Both the position numbers and the translations under genes were made by a program. A DNA stretch of 63,495 bases, the filler included, from Octopus bimaculoides (lineage: Eukaryota), in assembly GCF_001194135.2 (NCBI RefSeq). It is 4 parts of 4 records of this genome, joined end to end, with 100 filler letters (N's around TTAATTAATTAA, not from the genome) between each part and the next. Parts side by side here need not be neighbours in the genome. Positions count along the whole stretch, not along the records: positions 1 to 27,729 come from NC_068987.1; 3 more parts are not named here. The stretch is one strand, 5' to 3'. The first letter of the stretch is position 1; the number at the start of each line of letters is the position of its first letter. A model generated the notes under the pieces. That model worked only from the letters and a program-made list of their open reading frames with translations. It had not been told where the DNA came from and ran no database searches. Of this stretch, positions 12,858 to 25,849 are shown piece after piece.

Positions 12858-13826
12858 NNNNNNNNNNNNNNNNNNNNNNNNNNNNNNNNNNNNNNNNNNN
12901 NNNNNNNNNNNNNNNNNNNNNNNNNNNNNNNNNNNNNNNNNNNNNNNNNNNNNNNNNNNNNNNNNNNNNNNNNNNNNNNNNNNNNNNNNNNNNNNNNNNN
13001 NNNNNNNNNNNNNNNNNNNNNNNNNNNNNNNNNNNNNNNNNNNNNNNNNNNNNNNNNNNNNNNNNNNNNNNNNNNNNNNNNNNNNNNNNNNNNNNNNNNN
13101 NNNNNNNNNNNNNNNNNNNNNNNNNNNNNNNNNNNNNNNNNNNNNNNNNNNNNNNNNNNNNNNNNNNNNNNNNNNNNNNNNNNNNNNNNNNNNNNNNNNN
13201 NNNNNNNNNNNNNNNNNNNNNNNNNNNNNNNNNNNNNNNNNNNNNNNNNNNNNNNNNNNNNNNNNNNNNNNNNNNNNNNNNNNNNNNNNNNNNNNNNNNN
13301 NNNNNNNNNNNNNNNNNNNNNNNNNNNNNNNNNNNNNNNNNNNNNNNNNNNNNNNNNNNNNNNNNNNNNNNNNNNNNNNNNNNNNNNNNNNNNNNNNNNN
13401 NNNNNNNNNNNNNNNNNNNNNNNNNNNNNNNNNNNNNNNNNNNNNNNNNNNNNNNNNNNNNNNNNNNNNNNNNNNNNNNNNNNNNNNNNNNNNNNNNNNN
13501 NNNNNNNNNNNNNNNNNNNNNNNNNNNNNNNNNNNNNNNNNNNNNNNNNNNNNNNNNNNNNNNNNNNNNNNNNCTTCCAGCCTTGTGTTTTTTTTTATCT
13601 TTGATTTGATTTTACTTTTGGATAAATGAATATATTTTGATTTTTATCGATATTTTTTTATCGGAAGTATATAATTTAATTTTATTGTTTTTTTTTTTTT
13701 ACTTCTGCACATAGTTTCCACGCGCTCGAAGATATTAAGGCCTTCGGCGCCAACCTTTGCTTCTCAAGAGCTTTCTGCTAAATGGCTGCGACAACAACGA
13801 TTACTTGAACGGGATAATTATTTCTT

Positions 13827-14281
13827 AGGCGCAGGCATGGCTGTGCGGTTGAGAAGCTCGCTTTGCAACCACCTGGTTACGGGTTCGGTACCATCGCGCA
13901 GCAACTTGGGCGAGTGTCTTTTACTATAGCTTTGGGCCGACCAATACCTTGTGAATGAATTGGGGAGACGAAAATTGTATGGAAGTCCATCGTATGTATG
14001 GATGTATGGATGGATGTATGTACTACGTACGTATGTATGTACGTGCGTATGTACGTATGTATGTATGTATGTATGCGTGTGTGAGTGTGTCTTGGGTTCG
14101 TGCTTGTTATGCCAACCGCTTGACAACCGGTGTTGGTTCGTTTACATCTCCGTGACTGAGATGTTCTTGTAGAATAAGCACCAGACTTAAAAATAAATAC
14201 TTGGGCCGATTTGGTCGAGTAAGTCTTTGAAGGCGGTGCTCCAGCATGGCCGCAGTTGGATGACTGAAGCAAGTAAAAGAT
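13827..14281 (+). mobile_element. tRNA-derived SINE family B, full length, with internal (TATG)n
   Basis: A-box-like tggctgtgcggt, B-box-like gggttcggtacc, tail ggcggtgctccagcatggccgcag...gcaagtaaaaga. Confidence 0.9.
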
Positions 14282-14476
14282 GGAATTAAAGATAAAAGAT
14301 AATGAAAACGGATAACTTTCAAGTTTATCTCTACAGATTTTCCATAGAAATTAGAGTCAGCACTGAAAGTTCCGACGTTTCATACATGAATACATCTATG
14401 TAAACAATGCGATCGAAGATAGAAAAATAGGTAATGGGGGTGTGGAGTATATGCTTATTTCAGGAGTTATTGCTTT

Positions 14477-14699
14477 TTCTTCAGTACTATATCCAACCGA
14501 TTAGCTATCCACGAATACATTGCTTAAATAGCCACTAAGCTTAGTGGTACAACATTATTGGATAAATACCAATTTACATATTAAGCACATTCCGGGTAAC
14601 TGGTACATACCTATTAATTGCTGGTAGGGACACTGTATTTCGTTTCGAAACCATAATATACTACCAAGTATCGGTTGAATGTAATATAGTACTGATGAA
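14477..14699. mobile_element. Small MITE-like element
   Basis: Imperfect terminal inverted repeats tcagtactatatccaaccgat and atcggttgaatgtaatatagtactga; internal perfect palindrome ccactaagcttagtgg at 14532-14547. Confidence 0.5.
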
Positions 14700-15323
14700 A
14701 GAGCAATTAGTTTTGAAATATGCATATACCCATCATGTATTTTTCCGTCTTCTACCACAATGTTTATATAGACGTATTCGTATACAAGACGTCATAACTT
14801 TCAACACTATCTCTGAATTCTATAGAAAATCTGTACGGATAACTTTAAAATGGTTAAATCGCACTGCTTATACACAAAGTAGGTAAGAGTGTTGTCTTAT
14901 AGACATTTACTATTCTTGCGAAGCGAAGTATGGTGTTCCTACAAGGAATTGAAATGGAAATTGAGGACCAAAAAGTGGAAATGCAAGCCTTAAATAGGGG
15001 TTGTCGAAATGCTGTGTCCATGTTTATTCATGTAGGTACAATTGCATATTTTTTGCGTCTGAATAAACGTGCAGGGGTTGAGGTTTAAGCATTTGTGAGA
15101 ATTGAACCTGTAAACTCCTATTTTAGGACCGACGTCAAGCTGGCGATATGAACAGAATAATATCTGAATTAATGCAAATCAACAGCAAACCAACAGAAGG
15201 AAATTAGTTAATTAGTCTCACAAATAGCATTTTCTGCAGAATCTCCAATATCAAATGTAAATTGTTCAATTTATCCCACGTCTTAATATCACAGGCTTGC
15301 TCGGCACTGATGTTAGGATAGGC

Positions 15324-15370
<47 letters not shown>

Positions 15371-16202
15371 TGTATCTGGAGTGTAGTTGTGCGTATGTTT
15401 GTGTGAATGTGGGTGTATTTGTATGTGTTTGAGTTTGTGTGTTTCTGGGGTGGGAGTATTGTGCATGTGTATTTGTGGGTGTGTATGTGTGTGTATTAGT
15501 ATGTTTTTGTGTGTGGTTGTACACGTAAACGTGTGTGTATTTGCGAGTGTGTGTTTGTGTGCGTGTGCGTGCGTGCTTCCATTCCGTATTCCGTCTTAAT
15601 CTGTATTTAAGAAGAAATTATTGACTTGTCGCAGTCACTTGGTAACTATTTCACTACTTTAATGTCAAATGTGTCTGGCACTCGGTTCTTAGTACAGTTT
15701 TACTGCTCATGCGTGACTAAGGTTACTATAAGAGGCATGAACATCGCTACATCTCATGTCCTGTCAACCTTATATCCCATACTATTGATTATTTATAAAA
15801 GACATTATTCCATCCTAATACACTGCATTTGGGAAACAACCTACGACGCCCTTCCTCCCTCCCTCCCTTCCTTTCTTCCTTTCTTCCTTCCTTCCTCCCT
15901 CCCCCTCTCTCTCTTTTTATGCCCATCTGTTTTCGTTTTCTCTTTCTTTTTGTTATCGATTGTTATTTTACCTGTTTTTACATAACAGATAATTGCAAAT
16001 AATCGATCCGTCAATGGAGCTTTTGTGTGGTAGTTCTGACCGCTAGAAACAGCAGCTAATTCTTTCATTTTTTTCACAACCATCCTTCTACCCACCCATC
16101 CACCATTCCGGAGGAGGAGGGGGAGGGTCGTGAGGGTAGAGTCCTCAGGTACCTCTTCCATAGGCTCCTATCAGAAGCAACCTCCATGATACTCTCTGGC
16201 TA

Positions 16203-16551
16203 CATTTATGTCAATTCAAATATGTGTTTGGGAAATAGTTTTCTTGAGAAAAGGCCATTTTCACCGTGGTTTGCCGTGGAGAAAATTCTTGCTTTTTAGA
16301 TAACATCTGTTAAAACACCAACAATCACTTCACGGCGCCCTCTATGAACCGGTGAATATTGATTGTCTCTGGTGTTGATGATAGCTAAGTAGCTTGAAAT
16401 GCATTCACCGGTCTACAGAGGGCTCTGTGAAGTGACTGTTGGTATTTTAACACTTTTTGCCTAAAGCGAGAATTTTCTCCAAGGCAAACCACAGCAAAAA
16501 TGGCCTTTTTACTGGTCAAATACGTCCCAAACATTTGAATTGATCTAAATG
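16203..16551. mobile_element. Foldback (almost wholly palindromic) MITE
   Basis: Arms 16203-16357 and 16403-16551 are imperfect reverse complements around a 45 nt spacer. Confidence 0.85.
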
Positions 16552-18444
16552 TTTGTTATATTCACAATACTGCTTTCGCTACCTATTACATATTTTTATT
16601 TAGTTAATACTAATGTTTTCTTAAAGGTGCAGATGTTTAGTTTGATCTAAAAGCAGCTGGGTGATAGATAAGAAGATTGGTAAGTAGAAAAAAAAAACAG
16701 CCAGAAAATATTAAAACCATTCGCAAAAAACAAAACAAATTTAAAGAAAAATTTTTAAATAAAATGAAGGCTTTATGAAATATTTTCTCATGATGGACAG
16801 ATTTGGTTTGTGTGGTTTTATATTTCTTTGTTTCTTCTTGTTCTCTTTCTTTTACCCCGGATTAATCTGATTCCAAGGAAAGATTATCTTTTGTATTTTC
16901 TAATGTCTATTGTTATTTAGAAAGATGAACACGGCGAGGATTTTAGTTAAAATTTTGCAATCCCCCACAGGTAGGTTTAGTCTTAACGAGAATAAAACAT
17001 TTAGCAGGTAAAGTATACGTCATAGTTATTCATTTGCATGTTTGCTTGTTTGTTTGTTTTATTTATTTAAAGTTACTGCCAACTCAGTAGAAAGTTGAAC
17101 AATGGTGTTAACAATTCGCCACTCTGTATTTTGTCGTTAACCCTGTGACCGAATTTGTTCGGACATCAAATATAAAATAGATGCCACGTGAGAAGTAAAG
17201 CTCATTGCCAGAAACAGCAGTATCTCAGTATAGTCGATGAGAGAGTTCCTTTAGCTTGGTATGTTGAAATGAAATATTTTCATTTGTACAGCCATCTATG
17301 AGTCATACTTAATGCATCCACATTTTTTTGTCCTGAGATTATATCTTTTGTGAACTTACCGTGTTACAAACACAATACATGTCAGAGAATGAGACAAAAT
17401 TCATTCCACTCGTGGCCAGCGAGCGCGCCTCCGTCTCTCTCTCTCTCATAGTCATTGTATTTTAACCACAGAAAGAGATGTTATCTTAAGATAAATATTG
17501 CAGTAATTGGTCTATTGACGGTGTGTATAGATTAGGTATGATACGTAGATGACTATTTTAATTAAATACTGCCTCAGCTGCGGATACCGGATTTTCATAA
17601 GTGTTGCTTTTATCATTTAACCTCAAGTCAGCCCTGATCAATGAACATACGATCAAAAGTGTTCCACCAATGACCGTCCAGTGTTTTTATTTTCAGACTC
17701 ATTTTCTTACTTAATAAAAGACAATAGGACGTGAAATGAGGGGGACATGGTTGCTGTATCATTTGCTTTGCTGATATAAAACGTTTCCATTAGTGTTCCT
17801 TTGTTCAAGCTTTCTGAGTTCAAATCTTGCCGAGGCCAACTCCTTCTTTCATCTGCTCTGAGATCGATTGAATTTTAATTAACGACTATGGCTTCTATTT
17901 TTTCTTCTCCCGCTTCCCTTCCTTTATTCCCCTTTCTGTCCTCCACCTCTCGCTCTCTGAATCCGCTACACACAGAATCAACAGTGATGTATTCATAACA
18001 ATGTATCCCCACCAAACCGTTTAGCACCTGTAGCTTAGTGTGGAGCGTTTTTATACGAAAACAGTTTTCAAGTAGGGTCTCTTCAAATCATTGTCTTGTG
18101 GGGCCACAGATTGCTAAAGAATTTTTATTCAGTCTACCAGCTTATTGCAGTATCAATAATTTTTCATTAACGGTTCTACTATATAAATAACTATGGATTT
18201 TGTAATAGCATGCAGTTACCACTGACGAAGCCTAAAAATGCAGAAATGCCCATTTAGCAATATGGCACCACCGCTGTTGCACATTTTCGTCTGCTACTGA
18301 TATAATTGTGTGTTTTTCTTAAATTGTTTGTCTATAAGACATTCTACCTCGAGACGAATACCGCAGTTAATTAGGCTTTCAATGAAGTATCTGCTTTAAG
18401 TATGATGCACAGATATACATATAGATACCTTCGTAGTAAAAGCA

Positions 18445-18491
<47 letters not shown>

Positions 18492-19130
18492 NNNNNNNNN
18501 NNNNNNNNNNNNNNNNNNNNNNNNNNNNNNNNNNNNNNNNNNNNNNNNNNNNNNNNNNNNNNNNNNNNNNNNNNNNNNNNNNNNNNNNNNNNNNNNNNNN
18601 NNNNNNNNNNNNNNNNNNNNNNNNNNNNNNNNNNNNNNNNNNNNNNNNNNNNNNNNNNNNNNNNNNNNNNNNNNNNNNNNNNNNNNNNNNNNNNNNNNNN
18701 NNNNNNNNNNNNNNNNNNNNNNNNNNNNNNNNNNNNNNNNNNNNNNNNNNNNNNNNNNNNNNNNNNNNNNNNNNNNNNNNNNNNNNNNNNNNNNNNNNNN
18801 NNNNNNNNNNNNNNNNNNNNNNNNNNNNNNNNNNNNNNNNNNNNNNNNNNNNNNNNNNNNNNNNNNNNNNNNNNNNNNNNNNNNNNNNNNNNNNNNNNNN
18901 NNNNNNNNNNNNNNNNNNNNNNNNNNNNNNNNNNNNNNNNNNNNNNNNNNNNNNNNNNNNNNNNNNNNNNNNNNNNNNNNNNNNNNNNNNNNNNNNNNNN
19001 NNNNNNNNNNNNNNNNNNNNNNNNNNNNNNNNNNNNNNNNNNNNNNNNNNNNNNNNNNNNNNNNNNNNNNNNNNNNNNNNNNNNNNNNNNNNNNNNNNNN
19101 NNNNNNNNNNNNNNNNNNNNNNNNNNNNNN

Positions 19131-19182
<52 letters not shown>

Positions 19183-19429
19183 TAACACATAATCCTGAAA
19201 TAATCCTCAGACACACTTTTGTCTAAAAGCTCCCCCCCGCGCCTTTTCCTTCGTCTCTTTTATTTGTTATACTTATAGTTATTTTTCTATATATTGTATC
19301 GACCCCGAAGGGTTGGAAGGCAAAGTTAACCTTTGCGGTATTCGAACTCAGAAAAGAAAAAGCCAGAAGAACTGCTGCTAAGTATTTTTCTCTGATGGTT
19401 CTATCTATTCACCGCCATTTTGTCCTCTC

Positions 19430-19870
19430 TCATAACGAGTCATGGAATGCTAGTTTCCTGTAAGAAAAAGGAAACGTTATGTGCAGTCATTCGAGTAAGA
19501 ATGGCCATAAGATAACGAATTTAAGAATTGGCATCTACAAGGTAAAAAGGATAAAGAAGCTAGCTGCAATGTTACTCTGAGAAATGCAAATAAATCCATG
19601 TTAATAAGGCATAAAACATAAGCAATATTTCGATGTAGCTAAATTTTGTGCTATTACTTAATTTATGACGCAAAAATGGAATTAATGGGGGAAGGAATAA
19701 ATTATTGCTGGTTATTTTACAGAGCATGAACATTTCACTTGCGAACATTGATGTCTCCAGGCAGTGAGATTACTGGAAAATTATCAATGGAATCAACAAA
19801 ATTGTCGTATGTAATTCAAGATGGAATTGCTTTTCATGATAAAATAGCGATAACGGACATCAGCTAGATA
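19430..19870 (+). pseudogene. Degraded hAT-like transposase fragment
   Basis: Frame GSEITGKLSMESTKLSYVIQDGIAF resembles the FPDSxIAxxF..TK.SY.I..G.A region of hAT-type transposases (from memory); heavily decayed. Confidence 0.45.
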
Positions 19871-20592
19871 CAAGAATGTCTGTTAAAATTAGTGAACGTA
19901 CAGATATTTCAATTAACTGTATTTGTCGAGATATTTAGAAGCGAATAACGTGATGGCGTAGACGTACTGTTAGATATCGTAGCTGATAAAAAAAGACGGT
20001 TCTTGGTCTTTTCAATACTGTCAAATTTGCGTATAAAACATTTTGGACAGAGCCGTTTGGCCATAGCGGTTTTGGCGCCACCTATTTGGTGTCTCTGATT
20101 CGACGCTGACTTTTTTGACATCAGACGTTTTACTGTTTCTCTCGTTCTATCCTACTCTCTCTCTCCTCTCTCTTTCCACTCCATCTTCTCTCTCTCTCTT
20201 TGTTTATGTGTCTGAATGTATTTCTCTTTAAGTATGTAGAGAGGTTAACTGTCTATGTCAGTCGCGTTCAATTAATAAATTGTAATGATTTTCTCTCTCA
20301 CTCTTTCATTCCATCTCTGTGTGTATATTTCTGCGCATACGTGTATGTGTTTGCCCCCAGTGCTCAAAACTTCCTTCACCAAAACAGGCTGAATGTCCAG
20401 CCAGTCGCCCGTGTCCAAATATCTGTACCAAATCATTTCACTCCGAGGTGGCATCGTTCAAAAGCTAAAAAAGCAAAGCGCATCGTGACCAGCAATGTAT
20501 AACATCATCCGATAATCTGGTCGATCACGTGATAACGTGATAGTCGTCATAAGAAGAAATGAAGAAGAGGCGGCTTATTTATTGTGAACTGT

Positions 20593-21080
20593 GAAGGTGT
20601 GCGGCTCGTGGTTAGGAATGTTTCACTTATGATCGCAACATGGCGATTTCGATTTGCGGACCGGCCGGTACGTTGTGTTCTTCAGCAAAACAATTCATTT
20701 CACGTTGTTTTAGTCCTCGCAACCGTAAATTGAATAAACCCTTCGACGGATTGGCCCCGTTCAAGGGGAATGTTATGATTTCAGTCACTTATTTGCAATG
20801 GACAATGAGTAACAAGCCCTAGGAGTCCTAGAATTCTAGGACTCGAGGCAGCACTGACTAAAATATATATGTTTGTGTGTGTTTGTCTCCCATTACCACT
20901 TGACAACAAATGTTGGTGTGTTTACGTCCCCGTGACTTAGCAGTCCGGCAAAAATATATTGATAGAATAAGTACCAGGCTTTAAAAAATGTACTGGGGTC
21001 AATTCATTCGATTAAAAATACTTCAAGGTGGTGCCCCAGCATGGCTGCCGTGAAAAGTGACTGAAACAAGTAAAAAATAG
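20593..21080 (+). mobile_element. SINE family B, diverged
   Basis: tRNA-like head, gtgtttacgtccccgtgacttagc core, tail ggtgccccagcatggctgc...aaacaagtaaaa. Confidence 0.8.
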
Positions 21081-21092
21081 AAGATAAATGAC

Positions 21093-21187
<95 letters not shown>

Positions 21188-21316
21188 TATATAGATTGAA
21201 ATAGTGACTTGAAGCAAACCACATGAAGCTATAAATAATACCCATGGTAACCGGGTAACCGGGGTAACGGACTCTCTGACTCAAAGGGAATCTTATTGGC
21301 TTCAAATTTTAGCCCC

Positions 21317-21530
21317 AGGCAGCGAGCTGGCAGAGCCGTTACCTCGCCGGACAAAATGCTTAACAGCGTTTCTTCCGATTTTACGCTTTGAGTTCAAATA
21401 CCCAGGAGTCGACTTTGCGTTTCAATCTTTCGGAGTCAATGAAATAAGTACCAATTAGATACCGGGGTCGAATCAATCGACTTATCCCCGTCCCCCAAAA
21501 TTGCTGGCCTTGAGCCAAATTTCGAAACCA
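21317..21530 (+). mobile_element. SINE family A
   Basis: ggcagcgagctggcagag head and matching body. Confidence 0.85.
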
Positions 21531-22246
21531 TTATTATTCGCGGTATTTTTTTATATTTTAATGTTGGTCTTTTTTTTTGCCGAGTCTGAGCCATGGCTTT
21601 CCCTAAAATCTTACTGGAAACCCTACATTCTGCCACCTTAAAAAAAGGTAGGGGCACATTAGATAACGGGGATCTGGATAGGCCCTGCTTGAACAAAAAA
21701 AAAACAAAAACAAAAACAAAAACAAAAAAGAGGGTGTTGTTTTGAGTGGAATAACTTTCATAATAGGGTTTGCACGATTAGGGATGACCTGGGGGGCCAA
21801 ACGACGCTGACCTCATTAGCATCTGCTGCAGACAGGTAGACATGCTGATGGTAAATCCAGGTAACAAAGGGAAGACAATTAAAGAAGCAACAAAAGAATG
21901 ACACGTGATGTATTTGAGATGTGCTTGTAGCCTTGTATACAACACCTGGTTACCTGACACATGGACTTCAGATCACGTGTACAATCTTCTTAATCAGCAA
22001 GTGTTTGGCGGGATGTTACAGGCTCAGCTTTCCTCTGAATTGGCGCCTGTAAGCCAAACCAAAGAACAAAGCTGCGAGAGAACATTTGTCTTCGGTAATC
22101 GAGACAATCTTGAATCTATAAAGCTTCACTGATTGACACTAGGTGACACTGTTTGGCACAGTGTGACTCACTCTTTTTCTGAGATGTCACATCTCATCGT
22201 TTTTGTTTGTTGTTGATTTTATTTGTATTTTTTTTTGTTCTTTTAT

Positions 22247-22429
22247 TCTTTTACTTGTTTCAGTCATTTGACTGCGGCCATACTGGAGCACCGCCTTTAG
22301 TCGAGCAAATCGACCCCAGAACTTATTCTTTGTAAGCCTAATACTTATTCTACCGGTCTCTTTTGCCGAACCGCTAAGTTACGGGTACGTAAACACACCA
22401 ACATTGGTTGTCAAGCGATGTTGGGAGGA

Positions 22430-22470
<41 letters not shown>

Positions 22471-22582
22471 GACGGGCTTCTTTCAGTTTCCGTCTACCAG
22501 ATCCAATCACAAGGTATTGGTCGGCCCGAGGCTATAGTAGAAGACACTTGCCCAAGGTGCCACGCAGTGGGACTGAACCCGG
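22247..22582 (-). mobile_element. SINE family B, young copy lacking the extreme 5' end
   Basis: Near-identical to 43441-43820; CpGs intact. Confidence 0.9.
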
Positions 22583-22928
22583 ATATCTTTATGGTTTCGA
22601 CACCTGGGCAGTACCATTCAATCCGGTGGTGTCAACAGCACTAAAAGAAATGGTGTTGTTTGGGAACAAACATAACCAAAGAAACCACAACTTTCAAACA
22701 CATTTACCTTATTTACAACCGTATCGGTAAATAAATTCAATAAGTAAATCAATAACCAACTCCGTGGCTGTGTGGTAAGAAACTTGCTTACTAACCACAT
22801 GGTTTATTTCTTTACGTAGATGTTGGTTTTGGAAGGTTCTGTGTCATCGCGATTCTGTTTTTTAATCGGCAAATGTTTGTAGGTTTGTATTTCTTGTCGT
22901 TGTATCAAGTAATTCATAAGCACCGTTT

Positions 22929-23156
22929 TAACTCCTTAGCATTTAAACTGGGCCAACCCAGCCCATAACATTCTACTGTTTTATGTTCAAATTGGCCAGA
23001 TCCCACCTCTCACACCTACTCTACAATATCTTTCTAAAAAACATGGAATTACGTCATCAAAATCTCAAAGCTATCAGATAATGCATGATTAATTCAAAAC
23101 AATGCGAATAAATAAACATTACATTCGACAGAGAAATCTGAATGCTGAAGGGTTAA
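22929..23156. mobile_element. About 225 bp MITE (TIR taaccctttagcatt)
   Basis: TIRs at both ends; other copies at 50108-50330 (complete), 43195-43360 and 42700-42843 (partial). Confidence 0.8.
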
Positions 23157-24749
23157 ATATTATATTGACACAGTTGATATCGTTGAATTGAATATCTTAG
23201 CTGGTTAATCGAATTGTGTAGGTGAAATCTTCTTTTCATTGATCATAATTCTAATTAATTTATTACTTAATTCATTGTTTAATTGACATTAATGCAATAT
23301 CTATTTTTCGATTTATTTAATTTTCGCTTAATGTAATTCCATTTTCTTTTAATATCACTTAATAGTTATTCATAGATTGCTTTAACAAGCATTAGTTCAA
23401 GGCACCATATTTGATGGCATATAAGACGCCATTTTCTCTCCCGAAAGTGTCTTAAAACATCATCATGGTTCCTATGAGCGAAGTAAAGCCACTCATAAAC
23501 CAAGTTTGTCCATGATGCTCACTACTAAAGGCTTAGTTGAATCCAGATGGTTTCTTCTATTTTGGCTCAGTAATCTTTACTTAAACATGATGGTGAGCTG
23601 GTAGAATCGTAACGGCGGGAAAAATGGAAAAGTCTTTTACGTTTCGAGCCTACGTTCTTCGACAGGATGGAATGAGAGAAAATAGAGAGAGAATGAAAAA
23701 ATAAAAAAGAAAAAAAGAAAACGTATTGAGTTCAGCAGTCCAACATGGCGAATGATAATAATAATGTTTAAGTAAAATACCCATTTTTACGTTCTGGGTT
23801 CATATTTCGGCGAGGTCGACATGCTTGGCCCGAGAATCGAAACCACAATCTTGCAATCGTAAATGCAACACCCTGACCACTCGGCCACGAAGCTTCACGG
23901 CGTTTCTGTAGCAATGTAGAACGTTTGATGATAACGCAGGACCACCACCACCCTCTTCCCTCTTCCCCCACCACCCTCTTCCNNNNNNNNNNNNNNNNNN
24001 NNNNNNNNNNNNNNNNNNNNNNNNNNNNNNNNNNNNNNNNNNNNNNNNNNNNNNNNNNNNNNNNNNNNNNNNNNNNNNNNNNNNNNNNNNNNNNNNNNNN
24101 NNNNNNNNNNNNNNNNNNNNNNNNNNNNNNNNNNNNNNNNNNNNNNNNNNNNNNNNNNNNNNNNNNNNNNNNNNNNNNNNNNNNNNNNNNNNNNNNNNNN
24201 NNNNNNNNNNNNNNNNNNNNNNNNNNNNNNNNNNNNNNNNNNNNNNNNNNNNNNNNNNNNNNNNNNNNNNNNNNNNNNNNNNNNNNNNNNNNNNNNNNNN
24301 NNNNNNNNNNNNNNNNNNNNNNNNNNNNNNNNNNNNNNNNNNNNNNNNNNNNNNNNNNNNNNNNNNNNNNNNNNNNNNNNNNNNNNNNNNNNNNNNNNNN
24401 NNNNNNNNNNNNNNNNNNNNNNNNNNNNNNNNNNNNNNNNNNNNNNNNNNNNNNNNNNNNNNNNNNNNNNNNNNNNNNNNNNNNNNNNNNNNNNNNNNNN
24501 NNNNNNNNNNNNNNNNNNNNNNNNNNNNNNNNNNNNNNNNNNNNNNNNNNNNNNNNNNNNNNNNNNNNNNNNNNNNNNNNNNNNNNNNNNNNNNNNNNNN
24601 NNNNNNNNNNNNNNNNNNNNNNNNNNNNNNNNNNNNNNNNNNNNNNNNNNNNNNNNNNNNNNNNNNNNNNNNNNNNNNNNNNNNNNNNNNNNNNNNNNNN
24701 NNNNNNNNNNNNNNNNNNNNNNNNNNNNNNNNNNNNNNNNNNNNNNNNN

Positions 24750-24750
<1 letters not shown>

Positions 24751-24780
<30 letters not shown>

Positions 24781-24941
24781 GTGTGTGTGTATGTGTATAT
24801 ATATTTGTGTGTATGTGTATATATATTTGTGTGTATGTGTATATATATTTGTGTGTGTGTATGTGTATATATATTTGTGTGTGTGTGTGTATGTGTATAT
24901 ATTTGTGTGTATATGTGTATATATATTTGTGTGTGTGTGTG
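24751..24941. repeat. Compound (TA)n/(TG)n minisatellite
   Basis: Repeated atatatatttgtgtgtatgtgt-type units of about 22-26 bp. Confidence 0.9.
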
Positions 24942-25425
24942 TTATAAACTTCTTTCTCATTCTTCTCACTGTCAGTGAATTACCATCATCTTTATCTCTC
25001 TTACACAGACATCTGTCTCAATGTGTGTGTATCTGTGTGTATCTGTGTGTATGTGTCTCTCTCTATGTGTGCACACACGCACTCAAAGTAATCTCATTAC
25101 GTAAAGCAATTTTTTTATGTAATACAAGGGAAATAACTTAAAAAGTCTAATCCAATTCGAAGTAAGACTCAGTTGTTTCCCTTACTCAACCAGTAAACTT
25201 GTGTCACTTCGAATCGCAACGAATAAACTCTTTCAGTGAGGTTTCTAAAAAGAAAACATTTCTGTCGACGAATCTTTAAAGCTTTTATATCCATGATCTT
25301 TAAAAACAGATATATATCCACCAACCTATTACAGAAAATTAAACCTCCTCCTTCTACTCCATTGCCGTTCAATGTTGCTTCACTTTATTTTCTTTTCGTT
25401 CATTTCCCCCAGTTTGTTCAATTTA

Positions 25426-25680
25426 CAGGCTGTCCCTAAAGTCTGGATACATAAGCAAAATGTATATTTTCAAGAAATAAACGTAAAATTGTCAGCATTT
25501 TATTCAATTGAAATATTCACAAATAACATCTTCAATTAGATTTCCACCATTTCTGATGCAAAAGCCGATGCGCTTTGCAAGGTTTACGCGAACCCGATTC
25601 AATAAGCCCACGCTGCCGTCAATTTGGGCATATTCACTCTTTATGCGTTCCATCGTGTTGCATCTGGGATTTTCATCGAG
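25426..25680 (-). mobile_element. Tc1/mariner 3' end fragment
   Basis: TA|caggctgtccctaaagtctgg terminus; minus-strand frame ERIKSEYAQIDGSVGLLNRVRVNLAKRIGFCIRNGGNLIE resembles a Tc1/mariner transposase C-terminus. Confidence 0.6.
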
Positions 25681-25849
25681 TGAAAAATATATTGGTAAAA
25701 TATAATATGTAAAATATATGTATATAATATACTAGACATCAGTTTCATAAACTACAAAACATAAACATCCACACTACCACACTTGAAACGTGTGATTCTG
25801 GTCGAACATATTGTTTCATCAGAACGCAGAATGGTGGATGCCCACATCT

